This document shows, in pieces, positions 35,852 through 46,382 of a DNA stretch of 64,000 nucleotides. Made by a program: the position numbers and the translations under genes. This DNA comes from Isurus oxyrinchus (taxonomy: Eukaryota). Within the stretch, counting starts at the first letter, position 1. Every line of letters starts with the position of its first letter. Under the pieces are notes generated by a model that saw only the letters and a list, made by a program, of their open reading frames with translations, was not told the origin of the DNA and did no database searches. The DNA lies in NCBI GenBank assembly GCA_026770705.1, contig JANJGN010000016.1:87482001-87546000 (forward strand), written 5' to 3'.

Positions 35852-37330
35852 CATAGAATAAAATGATAGAAAGTTTCTGGCACAGAAAGTGACCACTCGG
35901 CCCATCATGTCTGTGCCACTGAAATACGAGCTGTCTGGCCGAATCCCACTTTCCAGCATTTGGTCTGTAGTCCTCCAGGTTAAGGCTCTTGAGGTTCATA
36001 TCCAGACACCTTTTAAATGGTTTGAGTGTTCCTGCCTCTGTGACCCTTTCAGACCGTGAGTTCCAGAGCCTCATCTCCCACCTAATCTTTCTCCCCGTCA
36101 CTATAAATTTAACTAATGATTTATACAGTTCCAGCATAACCTCCTTGCTCTATACCTCGGCTAATGATTGAAAGGATTCCATGTTCCTTCTTAACCACCT
36201 TATCGACCTGTTCTGCTACCTTCAGGAGTCTGGACATTCACCCCAAGGTCCCTCACTTCCTCTACACCTCTCAGTATCTTCCCATTTATTGTTTATTCCT
36301 TTGCTTTGTTTGACCTCCTCAGATGCATCACCTCACACTTCTCTGGGGAGAATTCCATTTGCCACTTTTCTGTCCACCTGACCAGTCCATTGATATCTTC
36401 CTGCAGCCTACAACAATCCTCCTTGTTATCTACAATGCAGCCAATTTTTGTGTCGCCTGTAAACTCCTTGATCAATCCCCTACATTTATGTCCAAATCAA
36501 TAATATACACACAAAAAGCAGGGGACCTAGGCCTGAGCCCTGCAGAAACACACTGGAAACAGCCTTCCAGTCACAAAAACACCATCAATAATTACCCTTT
36601 GTTCCTGGCCACTGAGCTAATTTTATATCCAACGGGTCCGATTCCCATGGACCCCATTGGCTTTTATTTTATTAACCAGTCTGCCATGTGGAACCTTCTC
36701 AAAAACCTTGCTAAAATCCATGTAGATAACATCAACTACACTACCCTCATCAATTCTCCTTGTTACTTCCTCAAAAAAGATCAACAAATTAGTCAGACAT
36801 GACCTTCCCTTATCAAATCCATGCTGACTGTCCTGGATTAATCTGTGCCTTTCTAAGTGACAGTTTATCCTGCCCATCAGAATTGATTCCAATTATTTGA
36901 CCACCAACGAGGACACAGTGACTGGCCTGTAATTATTTGGCTTAAACAAAGGTGCAACATTATCAGACCTCCAATCCTCCGGCACCTCACCTGTATCTAG
37001 TGAGGATTGGAAAATAAGGGTCAGACCCTTCGCAATTTCCTCCCTGGTTTCTGATAACAGCCTGGGGCACATTTCACTCTCAAGGATGCTAATCCCCCTC
37101 CTACTTCCTCTCTCCCTATGTTTATCACATCCAATATTTCACACTCCTCCTCCATAACAACAATGTCTAATTGTTCCCTTTCTTTTGTGAAGACAGACGC
37201 AAAGTATTCATTCAGAACCATACCCACATCCTCCCCCTCCTCACATAGGTTACCTTTTTGGTCTTTTATGGGCCCTACTCGCCCTTAGTTATCCTCTTAC
37301 TCTTAATGTATTGAGAAAACAGCTTTGGGT
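35852..37330 (-). mobile_element. CR1 LINE, 3' ~1.5 kb with internal deletions, in the J-C intron
   Basis: ORFs 37021-37227, 36623-36892 (SQHGFDKGRSCLTNLL), 36293-36475 and 35694-36137, ending in a CR1-type tail (ttctatga). Confidence 0.9.
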
Positions 37331-37483
37331 GTAGAAGGTTCTAGATTTCATTTCAAACCTTGCCGGCCAGCACTGGGGTGACGTTAATGGTGAGGCTTCA
37401 GTTAGTCTCAGAGTCTGGGGGTCAGACAGGGTCAGTGCGAGGTCAATGGCACCTCACAGGGTCAGCATCAGGAATCTCCAACT

Positions 37484-37886
37484 TCAAAGAAAGGCTTGCA
37501 TTTCAATGGCACCTATAACCACCTCAGGATGTCCCAGATTGTTCCACAGCCAACTGTGCACAGCAAGATCCCAGATAGCGGATTCACAATGACCAGATAA
37601 TCGGATGTGTAGTGATGCAGATTGAGGGATAAATATTGTCCAGGAAATCCGGGGGAACTCTCCTGCTCTTCTTCTCACAGCGCCGTGGGATATTTGACAT
37701 CCCCCTGAGAGGGCAGACCTCAGTTTGTCTCATCTGAAAGACGGCTCCTCTGACAGTGCTGCCCTCCCTCAATACTGCACTGGGGTCTCAGCCTGGATTA
37801 TGTGCTCAAGTCTCTGGAATAGGATTTGAACCCACAACATTGTGACTCTGAGGGGAGAGTGCTACCCATTGAGGCACGGCCGACAC
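37484..37886 (-). mobile_element. tRNA-derived Deu-domain SINE (SacSINE1/DeuSINE-like)
   Basis: Minus strand shows a tRNA-like head (ctcaatgggtagcac...gggttcaaatcc), a Deu-like core (gtctttcagatgagac...gaagaagagcaggagagttc...aatatttatccctcaa...gattatctggtcatt) and a tail (aaatgcaagcctttcttt). Confidence 0.75.
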
Positions 37887-38593
37887 CTCACGGTCCAATA
37901 GCCTGTCATGTTCACCCTCCCGCCTCACACTTGGAGGAATGAGCCCACTTGGGGAGGGTGGAGCTGTTCCCCAGTCAGAGACAGTGTCTTCAGGAGAGAG
38001 ATGGAGAGCAGATTCCGGGAGGTCTGGAGTCTAGAGGGTGACATTTAAACATTCGGGGGAAACGGAGAGTCTCCCCAATACCCTGGAACACTGAAGCCAC
38101 TGGATTGTGGGCCCTGCTCTACCTGTTTGTCATCAGAAATTTGCCAAGAGACAACCAGGGAGTGGAGAGAGCAGAGTTCAAGCTGGGGGAGGTGGGACCT
38201 CGGTATCTCACTGTGCTGGTGCTGTGATCAGTTATATCAGAGACTGTGAGAGGGAGCCGGAGCTCATATCAAACTCTGCCTGTGTCTGTCACACTGAGAC
38301 TGACAGGAGTCTAGTGAGTGATTTCAGTCCATGGTGCAGCAATGTCAGCACAGTCTGCAAACGTCCAGATCTCCTCTAGACGGTGGGTAAAAGTTGGTTA
38401 TTTCTATCTTGCTGCTTAAAGGAGGGAATGTAATGAAAGAAATACAGCTGGGCACCTTGTTATATACAGGGTTGTTCGCTGAACCATTTCATTCACTGCA
38501 GCTCCTCACTAACGCCTTCAACTATTCAGCATTAGTGTTTGAGAAAGTTTCAGTATTGAAAGGGTTAATAAGAGAGGATTGGGGTTTACTTAC

Positions 38594-38628
38594 TCAGTCT
38601 GAGTTTGGTTCCTTTACCGAACGTAACC
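38594..38628 (-). CDS. IGKJ: Immunoglobulin light-chain J segment (VTFGKGTKLRL)
   Basis: G GTT ACG TTC GGT AAA GGA ACC AAA CTC AGA CTG A|GTAAGT: FGxG motif, consensus donor, phase matches the C exon. Confidence 0.95.
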
Positions 38629-38667
38629 CACACTGAGAGATTCCAGTGCAGGGGCTGTACAAAAACC
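38629..38667 (+). other. J recombination signal sequence, 23-bp spacer
   Basis: Heptamer CACACTG (38629-38635, one mismatch to CACAGTG), 23-bp spacer, consensus nonamer ACAAAAACC (38659-38667). Confidence 0.93.
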
Positions 38668-38687
38668 TCAGCTCTCTGCTTCATTCA

Positions 38688-39225
38688 GTCACTCTCACCC
38701 TCTCTCTGTATCCCACTCACACTCACCTTTAATTCACTCACCCTCTCTCTGTCTCTCACTCACACTCACCTTTAACTCACTCTCACCCTCTCTCTGTCTC
38801 TCACTCACACTCACCTTTAACTCACTCTCACCCTCTCTCTGTCTCTCACTCACACTCACCTTTAACTCACTCTCACCCTCTCTCTGTCTCTCACTCACAC
38901 TCACCTTTAACTCACTCTCACCCTCTCTCTGTCTCTCACTCACACTCACCTTTAACTCACTCTCACCCTCTCTCTGTCTCTCACTCACACTCACCTTTAA
39001 CTCACTCTCACCCTCTCTCTGTCTCTCACTCACACTCACCTTTAACTCACTCTCACCCTCTCTCTGTCTCTCACTCACACTCACCTTTAACTCACTCTCA
39101 CCCTCTGTCTCTCACTCACACTCACCTTTAACTCACTCTCATCCTCTCTCTGTCTCTCACTCACACTCACCTTTAACTCACTCTCACCCTCTCTCTGTCT
39201 CTCACTCACACTCACCTTTAACTCT
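38688..39225. repeat. 45-bp CT-rich minisatellite, ~12 copies
   Basis: Unit ctcactctcaccctctctctgtctctcactcacactcacctttaa; it produces the 15-aa repeat ORF 38734-39084. Confidence 0.95.
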
Positions 39226-39351
39226 CGCTCTTTTCCTCTCTCTTCCTCTCAATGTCTTTTTTTGTTCCAAGAGTTGAGAATCCTGATATTATTTGATAAA
39301 TCTTTCAGCTGCTCTTCATATGTGGACATGGAGGGTAAGAGGTAAAGTGAC

Positions 39352-40630
39352 CATTATTATATATTATATATAACTGTGGGATGTGTCAGTACAGGGGGTG
39401 GGACTGTGTGTCCATTATTATATATTCTGTATAACTGTGGGATGTGTCAGTACAGGAGGTGGGACAGTGTTTCCATCATTATATATTATAAATAATTGTG
39501 GGATATGTCAGTACAGGAGGTGGGACTGTGTGTCCATTATTATATATTCTATATAACTGTGGGATGTATCAGTACAGGAGGTGGAGCTGTGTGTCCATTA
39601 TTATATATTCTTATATAACTGTGGGATGTATCAGTACAGGAGGTGGGACTGTGTGTCCATTATTATATATTCTATATAACTGTGGGATGTATCAGTACAG
39701 GAGGTGGAGCTGTGTGTCCATTGTTATATATTCTATATAATTGTGGGATGTATTAGTACAGGAGGTGGGACTGTCTGTCCATCATTATATATTATAAATA
39801 ATTGTGGGATACGTCAGTACAGGAGGTGGGACTGTGTGTCCATTATTATATATTATAAATAATTGTGGGATATATCAGTACAGGAGGTGGGACTGTGTGT
39901 GCATCATTATATATTATAAATAATTGTGGGCTATGTCAGTACAGGAGGTGGGACTGTGTGTCCATTATTATATATTCTATATAACTGTGGGATGTGTCAG
40001 TACAGGAGGTGGAGCTGTGTGTCCATTATTATATATTCTATATAACTGGGATGTATCAGTACAGGAGATGGTGCTGTGTGTCCTTTATTATACATTCTAT
40101 ATAACTGTGGGATGTATCAGTACAGGAGGAGGGACTGTGTGTCCATCATGAGATATTATAAATAATTGTGGGATATGTCAGTACAGGAGGTGGGACTGTG
40201 TGTCCATTATTATATATTCTATATAACTGTGGGATGTATCAGTACAGGAGGTGGGACTGTGTGTCCATCATTATATATTATAAATAATTGTGGGATATGT
40301 CAGTACAGGAGGTGGGACTGTGTGTCCATTATTATATATTCTATATAACTGTGGGATGTGTCAGTACAGGAGGTGGGACTGTGTGTCCATTATTATATAT
40401 TCTCTATAACTGTGGGATGTGTCAGTACAGGAGGTGGTGCTGCGTGTCCATTATTATATATTCTATATAACTATGGGATGTGTCAGTACAGGAGGTGGGA
40501 CTGTGTGTCCATTATTATATATTCTATATAACTGTGGGATGTGTCAGTTCAGGAGATGGTGCTGTGTGTCCATTATTATATATTCTATATAACTGTGGGA
40601 TTTGTCAGTACAGGAGGTGGTGCTGTGTGT
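39352..40630. repeat. 61-bp minisatellite, ~21 copies
   Basis: Unit ccattattatatattctatataactgtgggatgtgtcagtacaggaggtgggactgtgtgt; it ends ~5 bp from the V nonamer. Confidence 0.95.
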
Positions 40631-40635
40631 ATTGA

Positions 40636-40663
40636 GGTTTTTGTCAGGCTCTGTATCACTGTG
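40636..40663 (-). other. V recombination signal sequence, 12-bp spacer (perfect consensus)
   Basis: CACAGTG (40663-40657), 12-bp spacer, ACAAAAACC (40644-40636). V-12/J-23 is the kappa-type arrangement. Confidence 0.97.
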
Positions 40664-40955
40664 TACTGGTAGCTGTAACCATACTGACAGTAATAATCAG
40701 CGACATCCTCATTCTGTACATTGCTGATTGTCAGGGTGTATTGAGTGCCAGATCCACTGCCGGTGAATCGCTCGGATGTTCCTGTGAATCGAGTTGTTGC
40801 ATCATAGATCAGGAGAGTCGGTTTCTGTCCTTCTCGCTGCTGGTACCAACTCACATAGCTAACAGACTGACTGGCCGTACAGGTGATGGTGGCGGTCTGG
40901 CCCAGGCTCACTGACACCAGGGGAGGCTGGGTCATGGTGATGTCCCCACTGATAC
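40664..40955 (-). CDS. IGKV: Immunoglobulin light-chain V exon, kappa / type III
   Basis: Acceptor ccctcAG ends at 40956. Translation (G)[96 protein letters not shown] is open, with the canonical Cys, WYQQ and DYYC. Confidence 0.96.
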
Positions 40956-41141
40956 CTGAGGGGTAATAGAGAAACAGTGTGAAGTAAGAACTGTCACACA
41001 AAGAGCCTGTAAAATGAGATATTGTTAGAGACAGTGACCGTTCCTCTGCTTTCAGCATTTTCCCTTCAATCACAAGTCAGTCGAATTGGCTGGAAATGGA
41101 GAGCAGGAAAATATTCACGGTGGAAGGAGAGAGATTTGTAC

Positions 41142-41190
41142 CTGCGATGCAGAATGCCAGAGGCCAGATCAGCTGGATGGCTGAAATCAT
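41142..41190 (-). CDS. IGKV: Ig light-chain leader exon (MISAIQLIWPLAFCIAG)
   Basis: gacaccATG, 49 coding nt, phase-1 donor G|GTAC and a 186-bp intron to the V exon; forms a 20-aa signal peptide ending ISG. Confidence 0.92.
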
Positions 41191-41250
41191 GGTGTCTGCT
41201 CCTGTCCCTGTGCCTGGTCACTGATAAACTCTCCCTTCACTGGGCTCAGC

Positions 41251-41348
41251 TTTATACAGCTGCAGCCTGTCAGAGTCTCACTGGCTGTTCCTCAGTATGT
41301 AAATGGTATCACCCAGAGAGAACCACGTCAGCACCTTTCACTTCCTCT
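41251..41348 (-). promoter_or_regulatory. V-gene promoter: TATA box, E-box, variant octamer, CRE-like site, Ets-IRF composite element
   Basis: TATAAA 41256-41251; CAGCTG 41257-41262; ATTTACAT 41304-41297 (octamer ATTTGCAT with one mismatch); TGACGTG 41330-41324; GAGGAAGTGAAAG 41347-41335. Confidence 0.75.
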
Positions 41349-42072
41349 TCAACTCTCTCGCTCTGCCTCTCTCTCCCTCCCTCTGTCTGTCTCTTTCTCC
41401 AACTTTCTCCCTCCATCTCTCACTCTCTGACTTTCAGTCTCTCTCTCTCCCACCCTCCATTGTTCTGGAATTCTCTAACTGACTCTATAACAGGCGTTAT
41501 TACTGGAGGTTGGAACACTTTGAGTCCTGGTGCAGCAGTTAAATGTTCCCTCTCTCTCTCGCTCAGTCTCACAGTCTCCAACTCGCTCTCTCTTTCCCAC
41601 AGTCTCCCAGGGGGAACGCAGTGAAATGAAGGGTAAAACTCCCTCTGCTCTGCCCCACCAATGGATGTGAACCCTTGACCCCAGAAGCATGTCTTCTCCT
41701 GGAGTAAGGCCCCAATCCCCACACTGACCATGCTTTGGCCTCTCTCAGTCAGACTGACAGATTATTGTCAAATTAAGGGCAGTTCTGTGCTGTTGGCCAA
41801 TTCTCACTGGGGACTGGTTTGGACACAAACCTCATTTCATGAAGGCCCAGCAGAGAGAGGAGACCCTCACCCCATCAGTGTGAGCTGGAGGGACAGGGCA
41901 GAGTCTGACCCACTGAGCCATCCATTCCACTCAGAACATGTTCGAATCCCTCCCCCTCTCCCTCCCTACCATGGTCAGGCTCCGGGTCAGTGTGTTTTAC
42001 TGGGATGAGGGGTGGACGATCACACATTTACAACAGAAAGGAACTGTCCTCCACATCGACCATGGTGTCCAT

Positions 42073-42350
42073 GTCCCACTGGACCCTCCAGTAGGGACCA
42101 GTAAACATGGGCCTCCTTCCCACTGGACCCTCCAATAGAGACCAGTAAACATGGGCCTCCTTCCCACTGGAGCCTCCAATAGAGACCAGTAAACATGGGC
42201 CTCCTTCCCATTGGGCCCTCCAATAGAGACCAGTAAACATGGGCCTCCTTCCCACTGGACCCTCCAATAGGGATCAGTAAACATGGGCCTCCTTCCCAAA
42301 GTATCCTCCAATAGGGACCAGTAAACATGGGCCTCCGGACTGCTGGACCT
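42073..42350. repeat. 44-bp minisatellite, ~6 copies
   Basis: Unit cactggaccctccaatagagaccagtaaacatgggcctccttcc (42121 to 42165). Confidence 0.9.
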
Positions 42351-42394
42351 CCAGTGGCTGAGTTTCAAACACCACATCGTCTCCATCATGGCTG

Positions 42395-45130
42395 CTGGAC
42401 ATTCTTAATGGGAGAGGGTGAATTGCCAGAGTTTGTGGTTCACATTGTTTCCAATGACATTGTTCGAAAGAGGGATGAGGCACTGAAAGCAAATTTCACA
42501 GAGCTAAGTGAGTCATTAAAACGCAAGAGTTCAGAGGGAGTAATCTCCCGGTTAGTGCCAGTGCCATGAGCTAGTGAGCATAGAGAAAGGAGGCTGGAGC
42601 TGATGAGTACGTGGCTGGAGAGACAGTGTAGGAGGGATGGGTTCAGTTTCCTGGGACATTGGGACTGGTTCTACAGGAGGTGGGACCTGTACAAGCCGGA
42701 TGGTTTGCACCTCAATGGGCCTGGGTCCAATATCCTTGGGGGAGGTTTGCTCGTGCTGTTGGGGGGTTTAAACTCGTTTGGCAGGGGGATGGGAACCTGA
42801 GGGTCGACTCAGATGGGGCAACATCAGAGCTGTAATGGAGGGCAGAAAATCAGAGTGAGTCTGGAAGACAGAGGAAACAAAAGATAGAAAATAACAAAGA
42901 GAGTTGGACTTGCTACATACGACATACAGAGGAGCTGAGGGCACAGATAGCAGTGTGATATTATAGCGATTACAGAAACATGACTGAAAGAGGGACAGGA
43001 ATAGCAGCTCAACATTCCTGGTTACAGGATTTTCAGGTGAGATAGAGGGGGGGATAAAAACCGAGGCGAGGTGGCAATTTTGGCAAGTGCAGCCGCAAGG
43101 AGCAAAGATATGTTAGAAGGATCATCGTTTGAGGCCATGTGGATTGAGCTTAGGAACAAAAAGGGGCAGACACAGAACTGGGAGTGAACTATATACCCCC
43201 AAACAGTCAGAGGCAGATAGAAGAGCAAATATGTAGGCAAATCTCTGAGAAGTGCAAAAACAATTGGGCAGTAATATTAGGAGATTTAATCAATCCCAAT
43301 ATTAACTGGGATAGTTTTAGTGTGAAAGGAATGGAAGCACCCGAATTCTTAATGTGAATTCAGGAGAGCTTTTTTCAGCCAGTATGGAGCAAGTCCAACA
43401 GGACAGTGTACAGTTCTGGACTCAGTTTCAGGCAATGAAGCTGGGCAAGTGGAAGGAATGACAGTGTGGGAGCATTTTGATGATAGTGATCATAATTCAG
43501 ATAGTTTTAACATAAATATGGAAAAGGACAAAGATAAAACCAAGAGTTAAATTTCTAAATGGGGGCAAGGTCAATTTTACAGCTGAGGAGTGATTTAGCA
43601 AAAGTGGACAGGAAACAGCTACTTGAAGGTGAATCAGTGCCGGAGCAGTGGGAGGGAATCAAAGGGGAGATTCGAGGGGCTCAGAGTAAACATGTTCACA
43701 CAAAGAAAATGGGGGGATGGCCAAATCTAGAGCCCCTTGGATTTCAAGGAGCTTACAGGGTAAGAAATGTCAGAAAAGGAAAGGTTATGTCTGACACCAG
43801 GAGTTCAATACTGCAGAAAGCTGAGAGTGTAGAAAGAGTAGGAGTGAAATCAAAAAGGAAATTAGGAAAGAAAAGAGAGAGCACAAAAGAATATTGGCAG
43901 CAGAATCAAGGAGAACTCAGAGATGCTTTCTCAACACATTCAGAGTAAGAGGATAACTAAGGGAAGAGTTGGGTTGATAAAAGACCAAAAAGGTCACCTA
44001 TGTGAGGAGGGGGAGGATGTGGGTATGGTTCTGAATGAATACTTTGTCTTCACAAAAGAAAGAGAACAGTGTAGACATTGTCGTTATGGAGGAGGAGTGT
44101 GAAATATTGGATGTCATGGCCATAGGGAGAGAAGAAGTATGAGGGGGATTCGCATCCTTGAGAGTGGATAAACCACCAGGGCCGGGTGAAATGTGTCCCA
44201 GGCTGTTAACAGAAACCAGGGAGGAAATTGCGGAGGGTCTGATACTCATTTTCCAATCCTCACAGGATACAGGTGAGGGGCCGGAGGATTGGAGGTCTGA
44301 TAATGTTGCACCTTTGTTTAAAAAGGGAGCGAGGGATAGACCGAATAATTACAGACCAGTCAGTCCATAGTGACTGTAGTCTTAGGGAATGTAGTGACTG
44401 TAGCTTTAAGACTTATTGTGCTGTGTAGTATCATGTGACAGTGTGAATGAATCAGTCTGAGCGCGGGGAACCTTAGTGGGGCAGGGGGTGGGGAGGTGGT
44501 AATTTTTTGTGTTTAGTTGTGGATGTGATGGAAAAGTGTAACTGCTGCTGAAGCCCTGCAAATAAAGTTCACTCTTTCTTATGAGAAACCTGTCTGGAAA
44601 ATCAAGTCTGTAAACAGCCTGAGCTCAGTCGTAGGCAAATAATTGGAATAAATTCTGCAGACAGGATAAACTGGCACTTAGAAAGGCAGTGATTAACCAA
44701 GGACATCAGCATGGATTTGATGAGGGAAGGTCATGCCTGAATAATCTGTTGAATTTTTTGAGGAAGCAACAAGGAGGATTGATGAGGGTAGAGTAGTCAC
44801 TGTGGTCTACATGGATTTAAACAAGGTTGTTGAAATATAAGAGCATGGGGCTTATTCTGGAACTGTATAAATCAGTTAAATTTATAGTGACTGGGAGAAA
44901 GATTAGATGGGAGATGAGGCTCTGGAACTCATGGCCTGAAAGGGTCACAGAGGCAGGAACACTCAAACCATTTAAAAGGTGTCTGGATATGAACCTCAAG
45001 AGCCTTAACCTGGAGGACTACAGACCAAATGCTGGAAAGTGGGATTCGGCCAGACGGCTCGTATTTCAGTGGCACAGACATGATGGGCCGAGTGGTCTCT
45101 TTCAGTGCCAGAAACTTTCTATGATTTTAT
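42395..45130 (+). mobile_element. Degenerate CR1 LINE with ORF1 (SGNH-esterase-like) and ORF2 remnants, internally deleted
   Basis: ORF1-like VVHIVSNDI and HWDWFYRRWDLYKPDGLHLNGPG; ORF2-like DKPPGPGEMCPRLL..EDWRSDNVAPLFKKG..NYRPVS; 3' tail at ~45120. Confidence 0.88.
44364..44616 (+). mobile_element. ~250-bp insertion interrupting CR1 ORF2, possible solo-LTR fragment
   Basis: Splits the CR1 NYRPVS|L coding sequence, contains AATAAA (44561-44566) and ends in ...AACA. No clear 5' TG or target-site duplication. Confidence 0.4.
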
Positions 45131-45570
45131 GTGGGCATCTCATTTCCATCCCCACAATATTGTCCGTCTCTACACTTCATCAGCCCCTAGACCACAGAAA
45201 CCCTTTTCCCTGCTTGTCTTGCCTCCTGACTCCATTATTCTAATATCCTCTCCTGGCATCCTTCATCCACACTCCATAACCCCCAAATTGCCCAAAGTGC
45301 AGATTTCCATACACTGTCCCACACCAAGTGTTGTTCCAGCACTAGCACTGACATCACTGACCTGCCTGGCCTCACTGACCTGTTACCCATGTACTCACTG
45401 ACCTGTTACCCCTCACCTTATTGACCTGCTCCACTATGGGGACAGAGAGGGGGAGTGGGTCTCACTGGGTAACTCACAGACAGGATGGGCTGAATGGCCT
45501 CCTTCTGTGCTGTAAGATTCTAGGTAGTGGACACGGTTCACAGTTTTCTCCCGTGTCAGTAACAAACATC

Positions 45571-45620
45571 CAGCTGCTCTGAGCTCCTTCTTTCACTTCC
45601 TCTCTTGGTTACGTTTCAGT
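45571..45620 (-). promoter_or_regulatory. Candidate upstream enhancer: E-box plus Ets-IRF composite element
   Basis: CAGCTG 45571-45576; ctttcacttcctct 45590-45603 is identical to promoter 41335-41348; an extra IRF half-site gtttcag follows. Confidence 0.4.
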
Positions 45621-46382
45621 CTTGCGATCGGACAATCTTTGCAGTTATTTTTTACACTGGGGGTTTCTGCTGTGGTCTGAATCTGTAATAATAACTGTCC
45701 GATCAGTGAAAAGAACAGCAGCTAAGAGCAGTCAGGACTGAGGAGGCAGGCTCACTGGGAAACACATTGGGAAGATCAAAGCCATCGTCTTCAGCTCCCG
45801 ATACAAACTCCATCCCTCTCCCTGAGCACTGTCTGCTGCTGAACCAGACTCTTCACAACCTTGGCCTCATCTTTCACCCCGATCTGACCCCCCAAATCCT
45901 CCACATCACAAAGATCAGCCACTTGCCCCGATAACTGGAATGTGCTGACTACACAGAAGGAGAGGTTTAACAAACAGGGAGGAGAAGAGTCAAAGACTTG
46001 GGGAGAGTAGAGACGGATGAGGGAAGGGACAGATAGGTGACTGACACAATTCAATGCAGAGGAGTTTGAGATGATGGGTTTGAGGGGGAAAAGTAGTGAA
46101 AAGATGGTGAAGGATGTGTAGAAGCAGAGAGAGCTTGGCTCCAATTCCATCATTCCCTGAAAGTGGAAGTGCAGATTGATAAAGCCTTGAATTAAAATGA
46201 TCAAGAGCGTTAGGAATGGACAAACTACAGAGAGTAGAAATGGGAAATCCAAACAGAGAATTCACTAACCATTCAGCAGCCTGTGGGGAATGAAAGTGTG
46301 GGTTGTAGTTCAAACTGCAGTTAATAAACAGGTGAATCTGTGGAGAATACAGGACGATGGGGAGAGAGCAGGGGAGTGGGAT

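Noticed and set aside
37800-37886. tRNA gene
   Set aside because: The A/B-box-like sequence is the head of the SINE and does not form a complete cloverleaf.
38209-38215. Isolated CACAGTG in the J-C intron resembling the mammalian kappa intron RSS used with KDE/RS
   Set aside because: No nonamer at 12 or 23 bp and no partner 23-RSS seen downstream of C. Other perfect heptamers occur at 32886, 35105 and 36914, so chance occurrence is likely.
38594-40955. Germline-joined VJ gene
   Set aside because: V and J are separated by 2035 bp and both retain their RSSs.
40585-41073. The 162-aa ORF as a single-exon gene
   Set aside because: Its N-terminal part is leader intron and its C-terminal part is RSS and minisatellite; the true exon is 40664-40955.
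41022-41731. ORFs of 200 aa (+) and 103 aa (-) over the promoter
   Set aside because: They are antisense to the leader or run through CT-rich low-complexity sequence, with no recognisable domain.
45626-45704. 9-bp inverted repeat GATCGGACA/TGTCCGATC as a MITE or pre-miRNA
   Set aside because: The arms are short, the interior does not pair, and no target-site duplication is visible.
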